Shown here: piece by piece, positions 26,593 to 39,800 of the stretch
Position numbering within the stretch: position 1 is the first letter of the stretch
How the letters are laid out: the number at the start of each line of letters is the position of its first letter
NCBI GenBank assembly: GCA_963514005.1
Contig: OY740796.1
Location: 20,832,001 to 20,896,000, forward strand
Direction: 5' to 3'
Origin: Raja brachyura
Taxonomy: Eukaryota
Length of the DNA stretch: 64,000 nt
Translations under genes and position numbers: made by a program
The notes under the pieces: model-generated
Told to the model about the DNA's origin: nothing
The model's input: only the letters and a program-made list of their open reading frames with translations
Databases searched by the model: none

Positions 26593-28085
26593 ATCTTTTC
26601 GAGAGTTTGTGTGTACTGTATGCTGCTCTCAATATTCAGGGTGCGGTATATTGGGTCAAACGAGGGCAAGTGGGACTAGTTTTTTTTGGGTATCTTGGAC
26701 GAGTTGGGCAGTTGGGCCTGTTTATATGCTGTATGATTCTATCCATTTATCCAGTAGTCAACTATTAAAGGGGGTGTGCTGGTAAGTTTAAAACTCAATT
26801 TGGTGACCTATCACATAGGTCCTCGCTCCATGCTGGTAGGGTTTCCTCACTAGCCTCTTTCCACCCCTCCATCCTTGTCCCTACCAGCATAGGGCTGCAC
26901 ATTGGTGCAACGGTAGAGTTGCTGCCTTGCAGAACCAAAGATCCGGGTTCGATCCTGACCACGGGTGCTGTCTGTATGGAGTTTGCACGTTGCCCCTGTG
27001 ACCGCGTGGGTTTTCCCCGGATGCTCTGCTTTCCTCTCGTATCCCAGACGTGCAGGTTTGTGGGTTAATTGGCTTCTGTAAATTGTCCCTAGTGTATAGG
27101 ATAGAAATAATATCACAGGTTATAGTTGAGCTCGGTAGACCGAAGGGCCTATTTCCATGCTATAACTCTAAACTAAACTAAACTAATATCTTCTATCCCA
27201 TCCCCTGCCACCCGACAGCTATTGAACTGCCCATTTAAATCACTCTCTTTGATATTTCCTCTCTACCTTTCGTGGTTTTATTATTGCAACTTCTTCCCAC
27301 TGTGACTGGATTTGTTTTTGACCTTGTCTTTATAGCCACTGCTTTGATCCCTTGATCATAGACTCTTCATCATAGAGCTGTACAGCATGGATCTAGGTCC
27401 TTTGGCCCACCTTGTCTACGCTGAGCAAATTGGCATATTGGTCAAGACCCATTTGCATGTATTTCACCCAAATCTCTCTAAACCCAATCCATATTATCTA
27501 TCCAAATGTCTTTTATAAAGACACAATTTTATCTGCCTCTAAAATCTCCTCTGGCAGCTTCTTCCAGACATGTTCTACCCTGTGAGTGAAAAGGTTGCAC
27601 CTGAGATCCCTCTTAAATATCTTCCCCTCTTACCTTAAGCCTATGCACGTTAGTTTTAGAATCCTCTACCTTGGGAGAAAGACTGTGAGTTTTCACTTTA
27701 TCCATATCCCTCATGATCTTGGACACCTCAAGTCCATAACATCCTAGTGAATCTCTTCTATACCATTTCCAGTTTAATGACTTTCTTCCTTTAGGTGGGT
27801 GACCAGAACTGCAAACAATATAAGTGTGGTCTTCGGTTTAGTTCTTAGTTTTAGAGATACAGCATGGAAACAGGGCCTTTTAGCTCACCGAGTCCATGCC
27901 GAGCAACGATCACCAGTTCACACTAGTTCTATCCTATATACTAGGGACAATTTACAGAAGTCTTCTTCTTCTTGCGTATGGCGTGCACAGCCTAAAGTTG
28001 TAGGACAACTTGTTCTATTTCATCTTACTTGATTGTGCACGCCAGGTTGATTGCATTCATCGAAACAGGGTGGACCACGTGAAGG

Positions 28086-28633
28086 TGCTCCATTGAGAGC
28101 ATCCTAACATACTGTGTATGCGTGTGGTACACCAGCTGCACAGCAGCTCAGAGGAAAGCGCTCCAGAGGGCCATTGACAACGCCCAGAGGATTGTCGGCT
28201 GCCCTCTCCTTACCTTGGAGGACTTACACAGTTCCCGCTGCAACAAAAAAAACCCAGAATATTATAAAGGACATTTCCCACCCCGGACACTCCCTGTTTG
28301 AACTGTTGCCGTCAGGCAGACGGTACGGATCTACAAGGACAAACAGACTTAAAAACAGTTTTTACCCCACTGCTATAAAGGCACTAAATGTAGCCGCCAA
28401 GGAACGCGGGGACTAAGGGACTGTGGTTGGTACACTGTGAAATCGACAGAAGGATGTAGGGTTGGGTGTTTATGCGTGCTATTTGCATATTTCATATTTA
28501 TTTTAGTTGTTTATCTTTTTAAATATTTTACCTTGTAGCTTTTATGGTTTGAATGGTGCACTGACTGGCTGACATTTTAAAATTTCGTTGTACATGGTTC
28601 ATGTTACAATGACAATAAAGAAAACTATACTAT
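28086..28633 (+). mobile_element. Rex1/Babar LINE 3' fragment nested within other repeats
   Basis: IESILTYC ... IIKDISHPGHSLFELLPSGRRY ... TNRLKNSFYP.AI. Confidence 0.8.
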
Positions 28634-29731
28634 AAGGTTGCAATCTCCCATCCCTTACAGGTCAATTAACCTACAAACCGACATGTCTTTGGGATGTTAC
28701 AGGAGCACCTGGAGAAAACCCACGCGGTCACAGGGAGATAGTAAGGCAGCAACTCTGCCGCTGCACCAACATGCCACCAGCATGGCTCAGAAATAGCCCA
28801 GTCTCTGCTTGTATGCTGGGGCTGAGGCCAGTTCGCTAAGCCCAGTCTGGGTGACGGTGCAGCACTTTTACAGCATTTGTTGCCTGTAAAGTACTTAAAA
28901 AAACTTCAAGAATTGCTCTGTTTGCATTTTAACCCCGGGTTATTTGCAGAAAACGGCAGCCGATTTTTCATTTGGAAAGTGATTTCATTGATTGATTCCT
29001 CAACCTTACTTAACAGACAAGTGTTGACACGGGGAAAGACTCTTATAAAATATTTAATGTTGAATGTTATCATGACAGCAATTAAGAAGAGTCGAGCCAA
29101 TTGCTTAAATTGCCCAGCGGCAGTAGGTCATGAGCAGCAGGCTGCTGCGGCGGTAGAGTTGCTGCCTTGCAGTGCTAGAGACCCGGGTTCGATCCTCACT
29201 ACAGGTGCTGTCTGTACAGAGTTAGTGCGCTCTCCCTGGGACCACGTGGGTTTTTTCCAGGTGCTCCGGTTTCCTCCCACATTCCAATGACGTGCGAGTT
29301 TGTAGGTTAATTGGTTTCTTTAAATTGTCCCTCCTGTAGAATAGAGTCAGTGTGCGGGGTGATCGCAGGTCGGCACGGACTCGGTGGGCCAAAGGGCCTG
29401 TTTCCACAATGTATCTCTAAAAGCTAAAGTAAGGCCAAGTGCTGGTAAATGTGGTTAATAGGAATTGTTTGGCATAGATGTGGTGAATGGCCGGTTTCCC
29501 TTCTGAATGACTATGAAGATGTGTAAATGACTCCTTGTGCAAGAAATTATTACCACTACTACCACATGTACTTCAGCTGGGTTTTATATGGGAAATAAGG
29601 AAACATTGTGTTCTGCCTTCATATAATCAACACATACACACATGGTACAAATTGTTTGAGATGCAAGAAAATGTATTAATATTTTACTGTTTGCCAGGTG
29701 GGCTTTCTGTCTGGAGTGTCATGAATGTTTA

Positions 29732-32700
29732 ATGCCACCCTGCTCGTCAATATTGCAGCCAGCTCCTGCTCCAGCTCTGAATGACAGCTGTTCACTCCGC
29801 ACCTGGCTGCCTCTTTGCAGCCTGCCTGGTGACTCAGGTACTCGGCATTATGACCCTGCAGTGCAGGTAAACCTAGGAGACAAATGCAAGGGCTGCGAAC
29901 AGGACAATGGTAATCGTCGCGATCGCATGGGACGTGATGTCGACTGTGAGCAAGAAATAAAATGTAGTGGAAAACTTTGAAGAAAATAATGCAATCTCCC
30001 TGACGAGGTATGTCTAGGATTTGGGTGGAAGAGGACTGTATCAACTTCATTTCCATCTGCAGGAATAAATACACGAAGAGACAGTCGGATACTGGATGTC
30101 CAGTTTAATTTCATTCAGTTTAACTCAAACTCGTGTACGGAGGTACAGTGCAAAGCCCTTTTTTTGTTGTTGCGTGCGATCTAGTCAGCAGAAAGACAAT
30201 ACACAATAACAATCAGCCACACAAAATAAAGAGAATAATGATTAGTGCAAGATAAATGCCGATTAAAGATAGTCTGAGGGTCTCCAATGAGGTAGATGGG
30301 AGGTCAGGGCCTCTCTCTGTTTGGTGATAGAATGTTTGAGTTGCCTGATAACAGCTGGGAAGGAACTGTTCCTGAATCTGGAGTTATGTGTTTTCAAATT
30401 TCTGTACCGCTTGCCCGATGGGAGAGTGGAGAAGTTGGGAAATGCTATTGATTCTCGAGGTTCTGAGCACCGCTTGTCACTTGATGTCCTGCGGAGGAAA
30501 GAAGGGTGAGGATTGTGATTGGGTCGGTCATGGCATTGGGCAGTGCCTTGGTTACTGTCAGTTCAACGTTGAGCCCCGGCTCAGAATAAGGGGGACTCAG
30601 CCGGTCAGGGAGCACCTCTGAAGAACATGGATGGGTGATGTTTTGGGTTGGGATCCTTCTTCAGACTGATAGGTAATGTTTCTGTTTAGTCACTCATCCA
30701 AGCCAAACTGGGTAAGGGTGCTAGTTATAGTGAACCAGCATGCTTTTTTCATGGCAAATCTGGTAGTTAATAAGATTAGCGTTTTTTTTTTAAGTCCAGA
30801 TTCTTTTCAGAATGTAAATTGCACTCAGAGGGTGGTGGGTATATGGAACGAACTGCCAGAGCAGGTAGATGAGGCAGGTACTATAACAGCATTTAAAAGT
30901 TATTTGGACAGATGTGTGGATACAAATGGTTTAGCGGGAATGGGCCAAATGCAGGCAGGTGGCACTAGCATAGAAGGGGCATCTTGCTTGGCATAGGCAA
31001 GTTGGGCCGAAGGGCCTGTTCCCGTGTCCTAAGACTGTACGACTCCAGTAGTATCATGGTGAGATTTGAGTTAGGATCTCTAGATAGTAACCTGATAATG
31101 TAATGGCTGCATGAATTAATGCAATTAGGCCATCTTTTCTCCACTACATATCTTGATTTATTTTTTTACATTTTCCATTATTTGCATGCTTTTTTGCGAA
31201 GTTACTGTTGTGTTAGTTTATGATTCGCTCAGGCTATGTATTCTAGACCAATATCCCACCGGTGAACACTAGTTCTAATTCCCCATCTGGTCCTGCAAAC
31301 TTCCTGGCAATGGGGATAAAGTATTATTTGTATAAACCCACTGCTTTCAAAAGACATTCATTAAATTCCTTATGGTTGCCCACAGTGAGAACAATTCCAG
31401 CTTTCCTAGTTTTTCTGTGTCATCGAAATCCCCTGCTCCTCTTGCTAAACTTTGAGTAAATCTCCACAAAAGCTAATCTCCTTCACTCTCAACCTTGCTG
31501 GACTGTGTGCTAAAATTGGGCACACCATTTCTCCCTCTGGGAAATAAGGCAACTGATAAATAAAGATGTATTAGCAATGATCATCACCAGAGAGGATTAC
31601 GTTAACGTCCTATAAAAAGTTTAGAGTCGTTTATTGCCATGTGTACCGAGGTACAGTGAAAAGCTCTTTGTTGCGTGCTAACCAGTCGGCGGAAAGACAG
31701 TACATGGTTACAGTTGAGCCGTCCACAGTGTACAGAAACGTGAATAAAGTAATAATGTTTAGTGCGTGATATAGTCCAATAAAATTTGATTAAAGATAAA
31801 CAGAGGATCTTCAAAAAGGTAGATAGAAGCTCAGGACCACTCTCTAGTTGTTGGTAGGATGGTTCAGTCGCCTGATAACAGCTGGGAAGAAACTAATATC
31901 TCTGTAGTGAGAGAGGGTGGAACTTGGGGAAAGTTGCGATAACTGATACGGCACTAAGCTGCAGTGTGACGAGTTCCTGGCATCGTGACATAGGTACAGG
32001 TCGCTCTGCCATAACCTCGTTTAATAGAAAATGGAGTTATAAAAAAATATTGTGTCAATGAGGAAAAGAAAGTTGGGGCTAAAAAGTTTCAGACTCGCAA
32101 TAACAAAGTTATTTTTTCGACATAATTCTTTAAAAGGTCCTTTTAATAGCTTTAAGTTTCTTTGTTATTGCAAGCTATAAACATTAAAGGCCGTTTGTTA
32201 CATTGTTTAATAGAGTATCATTTTAAAAGTGTGAATAGAAGCGATTATTTGTCAATGTTAATGGCCACCCAAGGTGAAACTGACAGATTATTTTCTTAGA
32301 AAATAATGGTGTGTGATTACTACAGGGAGATCTTCTCCCTTCTACACTGTTTATATCCAAGACAGCTTTTTCTGTTTGCTTATTTCCAAAGTAACTTTTA
32401 AGTGGCTCTCTAATTGCCGACCGTAAAGGCGTTATAACCATTTTGGCTTGGGTAATACAAATAATGTTACCCAATTCATCAATCGCCATCTGTGTCCAAT
32501 TTGTGTTGTAGAAACACGCTTTATACCAGAATTTCATCCTCGGATATTAAGAGGTGCTCAATGAGAGAGTTGATACGTTGGTGTAAATCTTCCAAAATTC
32601 CATAGTTTAGGCAAAGGTTCCGTAAAAATAGCAACTGTACTCCTTTAATCAAAGAGCGAGTCACAAAGCTTAATGATGTTGGTAGTTTAGTTTAGAGATA

Positions 32701-34483
32701 CAGCGCAGAAACAGGCCTATCGGCCCACTTAGTCCGTGCCGACAAGTGATCCCTGTACACTAGCCCTATCCTACACTCCAGGGACAATGTACAATTTTTA
32801 CCAAAGTCAATTAACCTACAAACCCGCATGTCTTTGGAATGTGGGAGGAAACCAGAGCATCTGGGGAAAACCCACGAGGTTACGGGTAGAGCATACAAAT
32901 TCCGTACAGACAGCACCCGTAGTCAGGATCAAATCCGGGTGTTTGGCGCTGTAGGGCAGCAACTCTACCTCTGCGCCGCCCCTAAAGTAGAAGTTAATAT
33001 TAAAGATGTTACTGGAAAGCATGTTGAAAAATTAAAGGTAATTGGACAAAGTCAACATATCCATGTAAGAAGAATAACATTTATGCAGTTTACAGCTACC
33101 TCCTACCTGTGGTCCTTGCCCATGTAAGATGAAGTCCATGGGTTTAGGAGAATCTCTACCCTTTGTATTACATTGCTTTCCTGTTTCGTATCTCTGTCAG
33201 GCAGGAAATTACCACAGGAAGAAATGGATCGATGTTACCCACAAAAACTGGAGAGAGGCATCTTGCCTTCCATTGATAAAAACAAAGCTACTGATTTTGG
33301 TAAGAGTGAATTTAAAAAAAAATGTTTGCAATGTCTGAACACTGAAAATAAAACAGGACAGTTCAATTTTATTTTGTGCAAACGATCCCTACCACTACTT
33401 TCTGCTCTTCTGTTGTCTCTGTGACCAATGGTTTAATGGTCCTTTATTGTCATGCAGTAATAGTCCTTTTTTTTTGCATGGAGTGGTGTTAAAATCCTAA
33501 TATAGATAGCATGATCACACTTAAGTACAAGAGTGTAAGAATATTAGATTACACTGAGACCAGGTGATCTTCCAAAAAATGAGGACATTGTGATGTGAGG
33601 TCCACTGCGATGTATGAGGTGTTCCACATTTATTTTTCTCTATCTGGAAGTGTGTCTTCTAGAGCCCCCAGTCCACATTGCTTACTTTAGACTTTTTCAC
33701 GCAGAGGATGGTGTTCTGTGCTCTATTTTGTGTTCTAGATGACAGTATTTCTATATGTGCCTCTTTTTTTTCAATTGATAGAAAAATACAGTGTGGAAAC
33801 AAGTCCTTCGGCCCGGCGAGTTTATGCCGACCACCAATCATCCGTTCACACTGGTTCAGTTACCCACTTTCGCATCCACTCCCTACACAACATCAGGGGC
33901 AATTTACAGAGGCCAATTGACCTACAAACCCGCACATCTTTGGGATGTGGGAGGATGCTGCAGCACTTGTTTTTATTTCATTCATTGTCATTTATTCGTT
34001 CACTTTACTCTGTTAGATACAGTCCCTTGGAAGAAACAACCGGTGAAACCACCTCCACGATCAGCACCGTGTAAAAAGGTGGGCAGAGGGGACATCACAC
34101 CTTGGGTGGGGGATTCGCCCCTGGACTCTCCGTTTGGTGCCATTCCACAGTCACTGGAACTGCACCACGCTCACGCTGGGTCTCGCTGCTGTCTGCTCTA
34201 CAGCCATTCCATTGATCCCAAGGAAGAGAGCAACATTGTTGGAAGTGGGCAGGTAGGAATGGGAAGCAATGGTCCCAAGGAGGTCGAGGCACTGACTCAG
34301 AGGAGTGGGAGGGAAGACCAGAGTCGCAGGAAGCCCATCGGCAAAGCGCAGGCAGGCGGGAAGCTGCCTCCGGTCCAGAGCATCTCCAACCTCAACTTCA
34401 GCCGCAACTTCACCTTCTCTTTCTTCCAGCTACCTCCGCACCAACTGCAGCGCTACCAAGCTCGGAGCACCCACGTGAGATGA
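29732..34483 (+). CDS. Candidate uncharacterised multi-exon gene or pseudogene between WDR6 and DALRD3
   Basis: Best-supported exons are 33201-33299 (tctctgtcag|..G|gtaaga, phase 1/1) and 34017-34483 (ctgttag|; DTVPWKKQPVKPPP...KLPPVQSISNLNFSRNFTFSFFQLPPHQ...*). Possible upstream exons 29698-30007 (or ending 29837) and 31233-31261. AATAAA at ~35232. No recognised homologue. Confidence 0.5.
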
Positions 34484-35869
34484 AGTATCTTCTCCCTCGA
34501 GTCCTGCATGCCGAACTGCAGATGATTGGGAATTGCCACCTACTGGTTCCCCTCCAAGCTGAACACAATCTTGATTTGGAAATAAGTTACTCTTCCTTCT
34601 GATCGAAACGTCACTTATCCACGTCCTCCAGAGATGCTGCCTGACTCTCTGGGTTACTCCAGTACTTTGTGTTCTACCCAAGATTTCAGCTTCAGCAGTT
34701 CCCCATGTCTCGCTGTCCCTTCGTCATTGGGTTTAAGTCTTGGAATTCTTTACCAAAAAACACTGTTAGTGAAATGTGGTAGTTTGGGACAATTATTGTC
34801 TTGCCACTATTGACCATGCCCTGAAAACTGTAATTAAGATGTGATATATAGTAAAGAGGGCAGATCTCTCGTGGCTGTGGTTTAAAATTCAATTCTGAGA
34901 CTTGACACACAGCTTTCGCTCATTAGTGTAGTACTAAATGTGCACTATTTATAGATGATATGTTAAACTGATTTTCCATCCTCTTTCTTGAATGAACAGC
35001 AAGGAGTCTGTCCTGGTACCTTGCTTATATTTAATCCTGATGCATTATTTTAGGATTAAATGCAAGTCAGGAAACCAGCGCGAACTGAGTGGTGCCCATT
35101 CAAGAAAGAGAATGGGGAATCGTCATCTGGCCCTAGTTGTGATGCAGTTTGTGGGGGAATTGCTGTTCACAAATTTGTTGCCACGATTTCGACATTATTA
35201 GCTATGCCCATCTTTCCAAAGCACTTAATGTAATAAAAATGAACTGCAGATGCTAGTTTATACCAAAGATAGACACAGAATGCTGGAGTAACTCAGTGGA
35301 TCAGGCAGCATCTCTGGAGATGTTTTGGGTGAGGACCCTTCTTCAGTCTGAAGAAAGGTTCCGACCCGAAGTCACATTCCTTTCCTCCAGAGATGCTGCC
35401 TGATCCGTTGAGTTACTGCAGCATTTTGTGTCTACCTTTCCAAAGCACTTCAATCGGCAGAAAAGTGTTTTGTGACACGCAAGACTGTGAAAGCTGCCAT
35501 GGAAACAACTGTGCTAATCTTTTTCCGGCTTGCCTGAAAACAAAGCACAAGTTTTAAAGGCATTTAATGTGGCACTAAAATATTAAATCTCTTACCCCGG
35601 GTAACATTCATTAACTTGTCTGGTTTAAAGCAACAAGTAATAGGATAGCTTCATTCATATTTCAAAGAATTGTAGGTGATGTTGTGTTCTGAAAGATTGT
35701 TGGTTTGTAGTAACATTTCATTTTAATTAAAAATGTCCTAAACCATCTGGAGACCGTACAAATGTAACATTGTTTCAATGAGACCCGCATGCATACCATT
35801 GTTTACACTGACTGGAGATGCTCTGGCTCACTTCAGAAAATAGCACATCTCCGCTGATGACCAGAGTAA

Positions 35870-36175
35870 TGGGCCTGTCCCACTGTACAAGTTTAACCAA
35901 GAGCTCTCCCGAGTTTTAAAAAAATCAAACTCGTGGTAAGCACGTAGAATGTATGTTGCGGGTACGTCGGAGCTCGGGACGTCTCTTAGCGGCTCGTAAC
36001 GCTAACGGCAGGTACTCGGGAAACGCGGTAAGCTCGTGAAGATTTTTCAACATGTTGAAAAATGTCCACGAGAGCCCCGAGTACCCACGAGCGTCTATTA
36101 CCATAATTCTCTGAGTTCGAATCAGGGGAAACTCGGGAGAACTCTTGAATTAGCTCGTACAGTGGGACAGCCCCA
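35870..36175. mobile_element. PIF/Harbinger-type MITE
   Basis: TIRs TGGGCCTGTCCCACTGTAC... / ...GTACAGTGGGACAGCCCCA, long palindromic arms, TAA TSD. Confidence 0.8.
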
Positions 36176-36748
36176 TAACTGTTGAGGATCTCTTCTGAGT
36201 CACACTAATCTCGTTGCTCAGGTAAACAATTGGTCAGTTCCACTGACAACCCATGCTATAAAGAATACAGCAAGCAGTAATTTGTGTGTTTGTTGATGGA
36301 TTCCAACCAAAATTCAATCTTTTTAAAAAAAAGTTAATTTTAAGATACAGCAGAGATAAATTAGTACAGAGGAAATGGAATTTGTTCAGATCAGGAGAGG
36401 GTCACATGGGCCAGAATTGGTTTTCATGGAAGATGAGGAACTGTGGATGTCCCTCTGTATTCCTTCTTGCTAAACCAGAGATCAGCTTCACACTTGGGTA
36501 AGTAGGCCCTTAGTAATATGTGCAGAGGGTGACAACTAACAGGAATGGTGAATGAAGCAGTTCTATCATCCGTCTGCCAGGCTTATGACATCCTGTGGTC
36601 ACATCTGATCATCTGGAGAAGACCCAGGCTGCGATATTGTTCGATTTCAGTCGATGGATCTGTTGCTGATAAAGGTGGAAGAAGTTCATGTTATTCTTGG
36701 TTCCTTCAACCCGGTGGTGTGGAATGGAGTACTGGGCGTGCTGGATTC

Positions 36749-36868
36749 TCAGAGCTGGCTGGGCGGTGGGATGTGAAATGTACCCAGTGCTGTATGAAAA
36801 ACCTCTCTCAGTCCTTTCATCAACTGCAGGCGAGTGAACATTTGGTTGAACAAGTGTTCCAGCGGTTC
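36749..36868 (-). CDS. DALRD3: DALRD3 terminal coding exon 13
   Basis: [39 protein letters not shown]. Confidence 0.92.
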   Translation of the reverse strand, partial: EPLEHLFNQMFTRLQLMKGLREVFHTALGTFHIPPPSQL

Positions 36869-39800
36869 CTGTGGAGTCAAACATTCCCTTTAATACGGAG
36901 CAGTCACTGACCTGGACCAGCCACCAGCATAATCAAGGACGAGTCTCACCCCAGTCACCCCTTCTCTCCTCGCCCATCAGGCGAGGGTTATTGAAGTGTG
37001 AAAATGCACACCTCCAGATTAGGTGACAGTTTCTTCCCAGCTGCTATCAGGCAATTGAACCATCATATCACCAACTAGAGAGCAGTCCTGACCTACTATC
37101 TACCTCATTTGAGACCGGATTATCTTTAATTGGTGTTCACTAGACGTTACCTTGCACTATTTGTTATTCCCATTATCATGTGTCTGTAATCATGTATTGT
37201 CTTTCCGCTGACTGGTTAGTATGCAACAGACGCTTTTCACTGTACCTTGATACACGTGACAATAAACTAACCAACTAACAGTACAAATGGCCTACACTAT
37301 CCCAGACAAACCTTTCTTCTGCATTATACCTATTGCACGCCAGCAGTCTGCCTGTTCAATAAGTCTGACGTCCTTTGATGAAAGCCACTCTCACATACTG
37401 CTTTCTCGCTTCACCATCTCCTCTTGCCCCAACTATCTGGCCTTCACATGACACCTTTTAATGGCATAGTTAATGGTTTTACCCAATGTAATAAAAAGGA
37501 ACTGAGGATGCTGTTTTATTACCAAAGATAGCCACAAAATGCTGGAGTAGCTCAGTGGGTCAGGCAGCATCTCTGGAAATAAATGGATGGGTTCTGAAAC
37601 ATCACCGATCCATTTTGTCCAGAGTTGCTGCCTCCTGCTGAGTTAAAGCAGGACTTTGTGCCTCCTTTTGCACACCAGCATATAGGTATGTTACAAAACT
37701 TACCTTGAGCAGCGCTGCAGTTCTGCCGCTCCCCGTGTGCGTAACTTTGGCGCCTTTCAGAGGGGGGTGGGCTTAAAGTGCCGTTTTTCCACAGGCAGAG
37801 AAAATCGATCAATGTGGGGCGATTTTGTTGCGGAAGAAAAATCGCTCCGACATTTCATGAATGAAGGTATTTTTAAGTTACTCTAAATTATTTATTAAAT
37901 AGAGTAATTTAAAAATCACCTTCAAAAGCCGTGAGCGCCGACAACCGGAAGGATTTTGCGTAGGGGAGAAAAAAAGGTAAATTTTTTTTTATATATTAAA
38001 AGTTGGTTTTTCAGGAGGCTTTAATAAATTTTCATGTTGCGAAATGGGGTCCAAAAAAATGTATGAACAAACAGTATTTTTCCTCCCGACTTCACCGCTA
38101 ACCGCAACGTTCCAATCCACCGCATTCTACTAAAACCCACTCGCTAGTTGATTTAAATGGGCATTAATTTACAGGAATCAAACACTAAATTCCTTCCATT
38201 TGGCCCAGAAATTCATGAAAATGAGATTTAAAAATTATGTTTTATTGTGTGAATATTATTTGGACACTTAGGCAATTTAAAAAAAGTTTATCTTTTCTTA
38301 AGAAATGGATAGATGTTTAGATCTACTCATTGAATTTTGTAATTAGCTACAATTAGATAACTAACTAATTATATGCTTTAATTTCAGGTCATCCAAGTAA
38401 GATTGTTTCATATTTGTTTCAGAATGCTTCAATCTATAATAACTGAAAATTTCATTGAGTTCTCTTAATTTTTAAGAAAGTTATGGGCTTTTAACTGATC
38501 CAGATCACAGCTTTTCAGTTAAGTCAATTGAAAGGCAATGGGGAACAAGATGCTAATTTCCGAGTATGAAAATGGCCATAGCTTTCTTAATACTGAAGAT
38601 ATGAAAGTGAATTAGGTGTCAAATTAAACTTCTTTTTATGCTTTATCTGATGGGATAAATTGCAGACTTGATTTTTAAAATCTCAAAATGTTGTAACATT
38701 GCTACAGCATATGCAGTTCCTTGTGTCTACATTTTAGCCATGGAACTTGATTCTTCCTGTCCAGCATTTTGTGTCTACCTTGTGTAAAAGAAAGGGAAGT
38801 AATTAAAAAAGGAGTTAGAGGCATTAAAGTTTGGTGGGGAATTAAACAAAAGGATAATCCAAAAACTAGTCAGAGAAAGGATTAAAAATGTGAAGGAAAA
38901 TGAGATCCTAACAGACCCCTAATGGGGATTACGCAGTGGGATTACTATGTTTGTATTGACACAACGATACTTACTCCCAAGATGTGCACACGGTTGTAAT
39001 AGGAGCTGAAATCCATGCTGAGGTTTACAAGGAATTTGCACAGCTACAAAACAAGTTACAACAGGAAGAGGGTGTTCAGTTAGTGAGAACTGTGGGTTTC
39101 ACAACCAGTATCCAAAAGCACAGTACAGACAATTAAATATCTTTAAAGATTAGTCACTTATGTAATGGAGGAAAGTGGCCAGCCACCTTGTAGGCAGTAG
39201 GGTCCCATCAAACACCAGCGTGACATGTTGTAATAAAAAGGGACTGCTGCTATTAGTTTACCCAAGGCATAAAATGCTGGAGTAAATGAACAGGTCAGGC
39301 AGCATATCTAGAGTACATGGATAGATGACGTTTCAGATTGTCCAACAATATGTGTCACAACCCCCCCCCCCCCGTGTTCACCTATTACTGGCCATTATTG
39401 TTCTGTCCCTCTCTTCTTGTTTTTTTTGCGTCCTCTTCCCCCCCCCCCCCCCCCCCCCGCAATAAGACTGAAGAGTCCCGACCCAAAACACCACCTATCC
39501 ATGTTCTGCAGTGGTGCTGTCTGACCCGCTGAGTCACTCCAGCATTTTGTATCCTCCTTTGTGTTAGGAGCTGCTTAATGAATAGTTATGATCCATGCCA
39601 TTGAAAGAACCAAATTGCTTTTGAGACAATAGTGTGGATGTATTAATGTACTAAGATGTGGTCTTAGTTCAACCAGCTCATATGAAAGATGGTATCTCCA
39701 AGGAGGTCAGTCTTGAGCTGAAGTACATTCTCTGGAGTGGGACCCACGATGCGAGTGCAACCATGGTCAATGATAGGGAGTGAAACAATGTTACATTTAT

